Position numbers and translations under genes: made by a program. Under the pieces are notes generated by a model. The model was given only the letters and a program-made list of their open reading frames with translations. It was not told where the DNA came from and made no database searches. From Octopus vulgaris (taxonomy: Eukaryota), in assembly GCA_951406725.2 (NCBI GenBank), contig OX597817.1, positions 108,562,001 to 108,626,000 of the forward strand: a DNA stretch of 64,000 nt, in the 5' to 3' direction. The first letter of the stretch is position 1. Every line of letters starts with the position of its first letter. Shown here one piece after another: positions 54,073-64,000 of the stretch.

Positions 54073-55849
54073 TGTATATATATATATATATATATATACA
54101 CATGTATATATAAATATACATATATACACACATGCTTGTGTTAGAGAAAGAGACAGAGAGAGAGAGAGAGAGAAAGAGAGAGGAAGAGAGAGAAAGTATG
54201 TGTGAATGTGTGATTTGCTAATTTTATCCTAAATTAAGTTATTTTGAGAGATTATATAAGGAAAATGAGACTGTATGATTCTCACGTCTTTCTTGAGAAC
54301 ATAGTAAGATAAGAGATTCGTTAAATATTAAACATGAGTCTTGTATTAATAAAGCACTTAGATTGCCACGTACATCTTAAAGTGCTTGGTTAATAGCCCA
54401 GGAGAAATTTACTATGGTAATAGTTAAGTAATTTAAATTTTTCGTCGTTGTAGATATTAATTCTATTAATTCTACACCTTTAGGATTGATTATAAGAATA
54501 TTTTACATAGAAACTACTACTAGAATTAATCCATTTATAGTCTCTGTTAGTTAATTTTTCCCGCATACTTATCGCCAAGTTCTGGATATTTAATTATTCA
54601 GATAATATGCTTGGTTCATAGTGCACCGGAATTGATGGACCCAACTATGGTTGGTAGGCTGGCCTGTTATTTCTTGGGCAAGGAAAATATATATATACAA
54701 ACTAAATTTACTTGTATGCTTTATAATATGTTGCGATATTTTCTAGAAGCCTGTATTATACCGAAATACATCGTAGAGATTTGGTTCTGATTCTCCGTGC
54801 TTAACTAGTATAAAAAATATAGTTATATGATAGGGAATGGCATAGTTATCACAACAACTTATTCTCATTCCCTATGAATCTGAAATGTCGTACCTAATAG
54901 AAAACAAATCATGTAATATGTTTGTTCAATTTACCAGATCAATGATGGTCACAGATTTCAATATAATATTAAATTACTTTTGATATATGCAGCTTTGATT
55001 AGCTCTCAGTGATTTTTGATCTTTAGAATTTTTTTCTAGTTAGAAGAGGCTAAAATAGTAAGTGTGATTGAATGAGAGTTCAATTACTTTTAGGTCGATA
55101 CAGTCTCTTTTATAATAGATGATTTGCTATTGAACTTATACTCACCCATATATATATACATTTCTGTATGTATGTATGTATTTTATATGATTTTAGTACG
55201 CCATGTTCGGATTGGGCAGAACTAATAGTTACAGAAATTATTCTTGCAAAACAATCGATTATATTGAGAGATATAAATCGCAAGTTTCCAACCTGAACTG
55301 ACCAATATAGTAATATAAGTACATTTTGCACTATCGGTGTTGCGTACAGTTAAACGTATTAACGTTAGTGCGTAATTAGTCAACATTGTCTATTAACAGT
55401 TCATAGATGTATGCTCAAATCCTTAAAATATTCAAGCTAAATACTATGATATAGAGGAATTGGGGAGAATGAAAGTAAAAACTTATACTGAATATCTTTT
55501 TATTTTAAATTCTAGATTCAGAGGAAAACGTTTCAGAAGTAATAATTATCTTATTCTACAATGTCGAGACAAAAGACAAACTACTGGCTAGCTAAGATTG
55601 AGGCATAATTTCAATTTTGTTTTGCAGCAATTTCATTGATTCATGTTGCCTATATTCTTGCAAAAAGTATTCACTCACACATTCCATTAACCAAATAATC
55701 AATTTTCTTTGTGAGAAATAAACCAGCAAGATCTTTGTTTATGACTAGCATAGTTCAATAAGCATCTGGCAACTAAAGTCGACAAGCAGCAAGACTTGAT
55801 CCCAGTTTATTTTGCCATACTCATTTGCTATCTCAAGAATGAAATATTG

Positions 55850-56420
55850 ATTTTCAAAATTTTGGCACAAGGCCAGCAATTTCGGGGATGTGGTAAGTCG
55901 ATTACATCAACCCCAGTACTCAACTGGTATTTATTTTATCAATCCCGAAAGGAGGAAAAGCAACTCGACCTCGGCGGAATTTGAACTCAGAACGTATCAA
56001 GGGGCGAAATCTTGCACTGCAAGGAGCAGAAATGGGATGATCTATTATTTCTTATTTTCTCTAAATAATGTTTAATGTTCCGAGTTCGAATGTTGTCAAA
56101 GTTAACTTTGCTTTACTACCTTTCAGGGTCGATAAAATAAAGTAGTGATAAAGTACTGGGGCTGATGGTATCTACTGATCCTCTCCTCTCAAAATTTTGG
56201 TTATGAGCCTGAATCAAAAATCAATGAGTGCGACAAGTTGGCAGACTCGTTAGAGTATGGAAAAAAACTTTTGTGCGGTATTCGCTTGTTCATTCGATAT
56301 CATCTTTACCTTTCATCCCTTCTAAGCCAATAAAATACAGTATCGTTAAAAAATTGGGGTCAAGTCTATCAACTAGCACCCTACCCTCAAAATGTTCAGT
56401 CTTGTGGCTAAATTAGAAAT
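55850..56420. mobile_element. Cluster of three degenerate SINE family B copies (one minus, two plus)
   Basis: Core motif at 55940-55995 (-), 56080-56140 (+) and 56305-56340 (+). Confidence 0.7.
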
Positions 56421-58730
56421 CATTATTTTCTCTAAGACAAGAAGTAAAATATTCCCAGCATGAAAGAGAAGCGGTTGATATTGGTCACCAGATGCACTAA
56501 TATATTCTACAATGCTAGTGAGGAAATAAACAAATTCATTTTGTACCTGACTGCTAGTAATAGTATTAAAAAAATATTTCTTTACGTATGCACCAATAGC
56601 CATGTTCATAGCATAGATCAACCACATAATGATAGGTCATACAATTATTTATTGTATGGAATACAGTATGCAATCCAAGTATGTTACTTTTTTCTCCCCT
56701 CCCGTATGTTTTTGTCGTTGTTTTGTCTTAAGTCAGTCTTCAGCATGTCTATGATCAATGAGATTATATCTGTGATAATCACGGCTTTATTTGAAGTATG
56801 ATATATTTAGGTTTATAGTATTCTTTATAGTACAGTATGTGATTGGAGAAACATTTCGCTTCTGTCTCTCTCAGCCTTTATGGCCTCGTAAAGGCTTTCC
56901 TCATTGTTTCTCTTGTAAGCAACTCATGGTTTAGCCCTTAGACGTCTCTAATGGAGCAGACGAATGATTGTCAAGGGTTTTCCAACACCGATTCACTATC
57001 CTCTCTGTTTTGTGGGTTAGTGTATCTAGGATTATATAGTGCAATGTCTCCACGGTACTAGAGAGAAATTTGGTGGCTACTATTTCTAGCATGTCAAACG
57101 ACTCCGTAAGGGGTGTTGTAATTTACTCTCAGTTCATCTCTGTTTAATAAGATACTTGATCAAAGGCGTTGCAATCTTCAACCTCTCGTATTGGCATAAG
57201 TTTTCTTAGAGTATATTCATCAATGCAGCATTTCTCTCTTTCGTTTTTCTTCAGACGTTTGGTTGTGATTTGATGGAAATTTGGCTGCTCTATCAAACAG
57301 GTCGAGTGATCAAGGAGAAGTTTTCTTATTGGTTATTTATATTTCTCAGTAACACCTTCTGTAGATCCTACTGGTGCGGATAGGTGGATGTGAGAGAAGT
57401 AAATCAAATCGGAGCGAAGCAGTAGCTGCTCCCCTGTACATTAGCGTTGTACATTCTGCACAATATTTGGGACTAAGTATTTATTGACAAAACTACTTTT
57501 GTGTTGTGTGCGTATGCCTGTGTGTTTTTGTGGGTGTTTGTATGTGTGTATGTGCGTGCATGTGTGTATGTATGTGGCGGAGATATGGGTATGTATGTGG
57601 CGGAGATATGGGTGTGTATGTGTATGTACTTGTTTTGGTTTACAGAAATGTAATTTACTTGCCCACCCCTTCCATTCATTTCAGACCTTGTGCCAATAAT
57701 ACAAAGGACTTCAATAGTTAATGTATAAGATTCTGTTTAATGCAATCGTAGCGTTAAGAGCCGTATTAAGTTTGTGAGTATAGGTAGCACTGTCAAAGTC
57801 ACGATTGTATTGTGAGCTTGTACTAATATGTTAAAATTTGTGACCGCCAAGAGAAGTCAATAGGAGGGCACTCCAAAACACTATTCAGCTAATTCATTAC
57901 ACGAAAACCGGGTTTTCGGTTGGTGTATCAGTCAGCATACAAAATGAATCAAAGTATTAGTTGACGTAAAGGGAGTGACTCTTTAAGTTCTGTGTTCAAA
58001 TACCGCTGTGGTTGACTTTGCCTTTCATACTTTAGGTGTCGATAAAATAAAATACTAGTTGACTATTGGAGTCGATGTGACCGACCTGCTCTTCCCTCAA
58101 AAACTGCTGAACTTGTGCCCGAATTATTTTTAAAGAATTAAGCTATTTGTTGACGTGTAAATTAAAAGGGAAAGTTTATTGTGTCTATTGGAAGGTCACA
58201 GTACATAACGCAGCTCTAGTTACACTCTCTCTGAATAAAATACTGAACGTTTCTAATAATAGGTGTGCTTTATCAGGTTTGACCAAGGGCTAAACAACAC
58301 CAAGTAAATTATTAGATACACCGAATGAATCCCCCGTGAATTGCCTTTAAATGCAGTTCTGTTATTGCTGATGCTAAAACCGTCTTTTAATAATAAAAAG
58401 AAATAAGAATGATTGCTACAAGGGGTATAGAAATCCACAGATGTGTGAGTGTGTGTTTAAGAATAGAAATTATTAATTTCGCAGGAGTGTTTCCATAAAA
58501 GTTCAAATGCCATTTGGTTTTAAGAGAATACATTACTCCCTACAAGTCGTTCTACTTGATGTTGTTATTACGTAGAATTTCGCTGGCGGCATATTTCACT
58601 GGCGGCATATTTCGCTGTATTGCATGATTTCCATTTGTTCAAGTTCAAAACCGGATCTCAATGCTATACCATAAGGAATCAGGGAGAAAAACTGACGTCA
58701 TATGATCCTGTCATAATTATATCATACATA

Positions 58731-59115
58731 GGCGCTGTGCAGGAGTGGCTGTGTGGTAAGTAGCTTGCTTACCAGCCACATGGTTCCGGGTTCAATCTCA
58801 CTGCGTGGCACCTTAGGCAAATGTTTTCTGCTATGGCCTCGGGCCGAACAAAGCCTTGTGAGTGGATTTGGTAAACGGAAACTGAAAGAAATCTGTCCTG
58901 TATATGTTTGTGTGTCTGTGTTTGTCCTCCCACCATCGCTCGACAATCGCTATTGGTGTGTTTACGCCCACGTAACTTAGCGGATCGGCAAAAGACTTTA
59001 ATAGAATAAGTACTAGGCTTACAAAGAATAAGTCCTGGGGTCGATTTGTTCGACTAAAGGCGGTGCTCTAGCATGGCCACAGTCAAATGACTGAAACAAA
59101 TAAAAGAATAAAAGA
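58731..59115 (+). mobile_element. SINE family A, full length
   Basis: gagtggctgtgtggtaag A box, ggttcaatctc B box, complete tail to gaaacaaataaaagaataaaagaa. Confidence 0.9.
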
Positions 59116-59331
59116 ACACCAACATACAATGAAAAACACAGGAACACATACACATTCACACATACACACGCACACAGACACAGACATGCGCACACACGCA
59201 CACATTTACAACAAATATGATGCATAAACTGGGCACAGCTATACTGATTTCGAAATCTCTCAAGCCGATTTATCGCCTTCATAGCTCTTTGCTTCACACC
59301 AGGATATAAACCATATTAACCCTTCAGTTTG

Positions 59332-59400
59332 AAATAGAACATATATGTTTGTATGTGTGTGTGTTTGTGTGCATACAACATACATACATATATATATATA

Positions 59401-59454
<54 letters not shown>

Positions 59455-59623
59455 CATACATACATACAAACACACGCATATATATATGCTCGTGTTTGTG
59501 TGTGTGTGTGTATACGTACATGCATACACACATACACACACATATATATATATATATATACACAAACACACGTATACATATATACATACACGAATATATA
59601 TATGTGTGTGTATGTGTGTATGT

Positions 59624-59662
<39 letters not shown>

Positions 59663-59837
59663 AAATACATACACACATACACACACATATATATATTCGT
59701 GTATGTATATATGTATACGTGTGTTTGTGTATATATATATATATATATATGTGTGTGTATGTGTGTATGCATGTACGTATACACACACACACACAAACAC
59801 GAGCATATATATATGCGTGTGTTTGTATGTATGTATG

Positions 59838-59887
<50 letters not shown>

Positions 59888-59956
59888 TATATATATATAT
59901 GTATGTATGTTGTATGCACACAAACACACACACATACAAACATATATGTTCTATTT
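59332..59956. repeat. ~625-bp near-perfect palindrome centred on (TA)n
   Basis: The arms match in reverse complement including non-repetitive words; they differ mainly in (TA)n length. Confidence 0.92.
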
Positions 59957-60086
59957 ACACTCTAACATATAATATATATGTATATACTTATATATTTAAG
60001 CGCGCACACGCACACACAGATATGTATATATATATATACAGACGTTTATATGTATACATACATACATACATACATACATACATACA

Positions 60087-60122
<36 letters not shown>

Positions 60123-60914
60123 TATATGCAGAGAGCGAGAGAGAGAGCCAAAAACATATATGCACACACACACACAAACACAGTTACACGCGCACACACA
60201 CACACACACATACAGGCATATAGTAATACGATCCAACATTAATTGAAGTCCTGAAAGACACGTTGCGGTCAATGGGCGTTTTCTAATGTTAGGCTGTTCC
60301 CCCGTTTTAGTTTGAGAGATTTTGTCAAATGTCAATGTCGTTTTATGGAGTAAGCAGAGACAGCAATAACACAACATACCAATCAAAACAATACCCTCGA
60401 CGTTGCGGATAGCATTTATAACAGATGAGTTAATGATAATAGTGATGACAAGAATATCGCTTATAATATTAGCAATTATAGTAATGAAATTGCGTTAAAA
60501 TACATAATTATCATAAAAGTTAAAGTATTGTTGTCTGATCTAATCGAAACGATTTTGCCTTGTTAGAGGGCGAGAGGAAGATTTCAAGCCATCGACATTT
60601 TTCAATACATAATTAAGAGTTGAACATGTAATACTTCGTCGGTCAACTTTTAGTCGACTTTATCCCTTTTCCTGTTTAATAGTTCCATCTTCAGCAGAAC
60701 ACGTTCTTTTGCAAGCGCTAGAGACGCCTTTATTCTGTGGATAACCTCCTCCTTTGCATACACTAGTCACGGAGGTGTTGAAATGGTCATCACTAGTGCA
60801 CCTTTCCATCGACTGAATCATTTCATACATACATACATACATACATACATACATACATACATACATACATACATACATACTCACATAAACATTCAATGTA
60901 GCATTTGTAACTAA

Positions 60915-61303
60915 AGCAGCCAGTTGGCAGATTCATTAGTTCACCGGGCAAAATGCTTAGCGGTATTTCGCTCATCTTTACGTTGTGAGTTCAAATTCCG
61001 CTGAGGTTGAATTTGCTTTTCTTCGATAAAATAAATTAGTCGATAAAATAAGTACCTATTTCTTTACTACCCATAAGGGGTTAAACACAGAGGGGACAAA
61101 CAAGGACAGACAAACGGATTAAGTCGATTACATCGACCCCACTGCGTAACTGGTACTTAATTTATCGACCCCGAAAGGATGAAAGGCAAAATCGACCTCG
61201 GCGGAATTTGAACTCAGAACGTACCAGCTGAGAACTGTGGTCAATAAATCGACTCACAGTCGAACCAGAAATTGCAGGCCTTGTGCCAAAATTTGAAACC
61301 AAT
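60915..61303. mobile_element. SINE family B (+) with a second copy (-) nested at ~61057-61220
   Basis: The outer copy stops at agtacc and resumes at gtaccagctg. Confidence 0.75.
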
Positions 61304-62575
61304 ATAACATTTATAACTATTAAACATTATGATATTTATAACTATTAAATAGATAGACATATCCTACTACACTTTGAAACTATAATTTGCATATTAATTC
61401 TTAATATGTTCCGGTAAATTCAAAATGAAAACATAGTGGCTGTTGTGTACGTCACAGGAAAACAACATATCGCTTTCCGGCGACAGTGACAGTGTAATCA
61501 TAATACACCCGAGTTATTGCATCAACGCATTCTGGTGCACCAGCATTTCGACATGCATTTCGTCAACTAGAATCATCACGATGATTAAGCCTAAAGAAGC
61601 CACTGGCTTTCTTTATAATTTGAGCGAGCAAAATGCTTTACTGGTTAGTATTTATATCTGGCAACCGATAAAAAGTCTTTATCTGAACTATAAGCAGAGA
61701 AATCTGAAAGGATGATTTATACTTCTTGCGTTCCAGCAGTTTCAAAACGCGAACATGCTAGATGCTGTTGTGTACGTCCCAGGAGAAAAGAATGATTCCT
61801 TCTACGACGACAGTGTTTTAACACACTTGGCTTATAGGCCTAAGGGATTTGGGGACTCTAGAATAACGATTTGTTTTTTTACTATAACTTGAATACTGTG
61901 TGGAATGTGAACCCCGTTCATAGGGTACTTGTGTTTCACGGTAGCTATTTATTTTATGTGTTAATAAATAGCTAGGCCAAGTTTGGGATTTTGGTGTGGT
62001 GAAGTGGTGAGCCCAGCTATATAGATTACAGCAGGGGATGTACATCTTCATCTATATCATGAAATATATATACATATCAGTGGCGTGCGGTGACTTCTGA
62101 GGTTGGTCATGCAATAAATACTTATTGGTTGAGCCGAATCATCTTGAAATTGTTTAACTAAGAGAACATATTTAGTTACATAATATGGCCATGGTTTTAG
62201 ATCGTTACACTGTCAAAGACAAAACAGCTGCTTTATCAGGCTACTCGCCAATTTCGGGAAAATTATCGACCCTCTTTCGAGCAGCCTGTTGTGATATTTA
62301 CTAAACTCCGTACATTCAAATACTACGTCTCGGGCACACACGAGCACGCACATTGAACATATACGCATCTACATAAGCACACACAATGTAAGACAGCGAA
62401 AATTCAATATTGTAAAAAGTCCTAAAAACTCTAAACGAAAACCTACCGTTTCTTTTCATTTGTTGGGAGTAGCAAAGATGTGAATTATCGCAACACGCAA
62501 GGAAACGAAGAAATGTAAATTACACTTACCTAATGATGAAAGAAAATTTGAAAGGATGTAAAAGAAAATTATTCA

Positions 62576-62980
62576 GGCGCAGGAGTGGCTGTGTGGTAAG
62601 TAGCTTGCTTACCAACCACATGGTTCCGGGTTCAGTCCCACTGCATGGCATCTTAGGCAAATGTTGTCTACTATAGCCTCGGGCCGACCAAAGCCTTATG
62701 AGTGGATTTGGTATACGGAAACAGAAAGAAGCCCGTCGTATATATGTATATTTTTTTTTATATATGTATGCATGCTTGTATGTCTGTGTTTGTCCTCCCA
62801 ACATTGCTTGACAACCGATGGTGGTATGTTTACGTCCCCGTAACTTAGCGGTTCGGCAAAAGTGACCCCGATAGAATAAGTACTAGACTTACAAAGAATA
62901 AGTCCTGGAGTCGATTTGCTCGACTAAATGCGGTGCTCCAGCATGGCCGCAGTCAAAGGACTGAAACAAGTAAAAGAGAG
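62576..62980 (+). mobile_element. SINE family A, full length
   Basis: Near-identical organisation to 58731-59115. Confidence 0.9.
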
Positions 62981-63769
62981 TATACAAAATGATTTATACA
63001 TAAGCACACACACAGACACATCTTTCAATGTGTCTTTATATTTGTGTGCATGTTTCGGCCATTTGGACAAATATTTGAAAAATCCTAGAGATCTTCTGAA
63101 AGTAATAGTGCACGTGTGAGTGTGTGCATGAATTGTAAATCAATTTCAACAAAACGGAAAGCTAATTTTAGTAAATCAACGAAAGATTAATTAGCTATAT
63201 TATATTTCTGATTTCAGAATTTTTGAAAATTTGTTCATTACAGAGGATGGTTAAAGAATAATTTCAAAACTTACGACAGAGAGAAATAGATATTGCAAAG
63301 TAAGGGCAACATTTAAGCTAATTAAGAATTATGGGATTGTTGATATGTTTTGGTCAGGATTCTTACGGGTCAAAAAGTCAAACCTTTTCAACTACTTAGC
63401 CTGTCGCGTTAGCGACATCAACTACAATGAATTGTAGAACTGATAAAAAAGGAGGGGAAAACCAAAGCTAAATGTAACATGCGTTTTTGTCAAAGCATAC
63501 CTTCCGTAGTCATATTATCGAGATAAACAGAGTCGTATAGACATTGACTTTACAGATAGGCAGGAGAGAAATGATAGTTATTGAAAGATAAGAAAGGGAG
63601 GACAAAATATTTCATATGCGTTTTCCTTTAAGAATGGGAATACAGCAAAGTATCGAATCTGTACGGGTTTCCTTTGAAACAAAATAACTATTTTAGCTCA
63701 GTTTCCAATGATTTGGGTAACTTTTCAATGTAGTTATAAATGCATTACGTTCTTAAATTAATTTTTGGG

Positions 63770-63900
63770 TTATATAAAAAAATATACGGGCATGCACTCC
63801 TTCACGTCTGATCTTAACAATCGGTTTCGCGTAAAAAAATGAATGGAGTGTTAGGTAACAATCCGGTTATAGAACCTTGCGCACATCAGAGTTAGCCTAT
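63770..63900 (+). promoter_or_regulatory. Possible Pol II promoter
   Basis: TATATAAAA at 63771, TTTCGCG (E2F-like) at ~63825, rising CpG/GC content just ahead of the ATG. Confidence 0.3.
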
Positions 63901-64000
63901 ATGGCAGGGAATATGGCGACTATTGTCGGAGGTGGATTAGCCCAACCGGTCAGCTGCTGCTGTGGAAAAGGTGGTGAAACGAAAAAGGGGCCAGGGGATT
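63901..64000 (+). CDS. Candidate first coding exon MAGNMATIVGGGLAQPVSCCCGKGGETKKGPGD..., truncated by the window end
   Basis: First ATG after an in-frame TAA at 63856; second ATG in an aatATGGCG context; GC-rich, non-repetitive, open to the edge. Product not recognised. Confidence 0.4.
   Translation, partial: MAGNMATIVGGGLAQPVSCCCGKGGETKKGPGD

Noticed and set aside
56373-56627. Protein-like minus-strand ORF, and a similar one at 60660-60812
   Set aside because: No recognisable domain or clear splice donor; the ends run into SINE or microsatellite sequence.
58577-58617. Short 16-bp tandem repeats (also at 2421-2455) as CRISPR-like arrays
   Set aside because: Only 2-3 adjacent units with no spacers, in eukaryotic context.
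59235-59310. Further hammerhead candidates (also ~11265-11330 and ~49210-49260)
   Set aside because: Core mismatches and no convincing stem I.
63901-64000. Selenium-binding protein (SELENBP1-like) N-terminus
   Set aside because: The motif reads GPGD rather than GPGY, and the sequence is too short to assign.

Overview
AT-rich, microsatellite-saturated eukaryotic DNA. The repeat families suggest a cephalopod (Octopus-like) genome; this is an inference from SINE and LINE content, not a database match. No complete host protein-coding gene can be supported. The only host-gene candidates are an open frame starting at 63901 that runs off the window, and weak minus-strand exon-like islands at 20-33 kb. 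The window is dominated by mobile elements: many tRNA-derived SINEs; an RTE LINE fragment with an intact 582-codon RT ORF ending in three C2H2 fingers, plus its non-autonomous partner; a second RTE; two Hero-type and one R4/Dong-type RLE retrotransposons; several Penelope fragments; a mariner; a Chapaev3-like transposon; a non-autonomous Helitron; a Gypsy remnant. The most notable unexplained structure is a set of minimal hammerhead-ribozyme motifs at six loci in different non-coding Penelope-like repeats, most arranged as inverted or partial-tandem pairs. Also notable: a ~625-bp near-perfect palindrome, a locally templated inverted insert at a LINE 5' junction, and an old ~4-kb tandem duplication. 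Most ORFs in the supplied track are microsatellite artefacts. Coordinates of degenerate elements are approximate.
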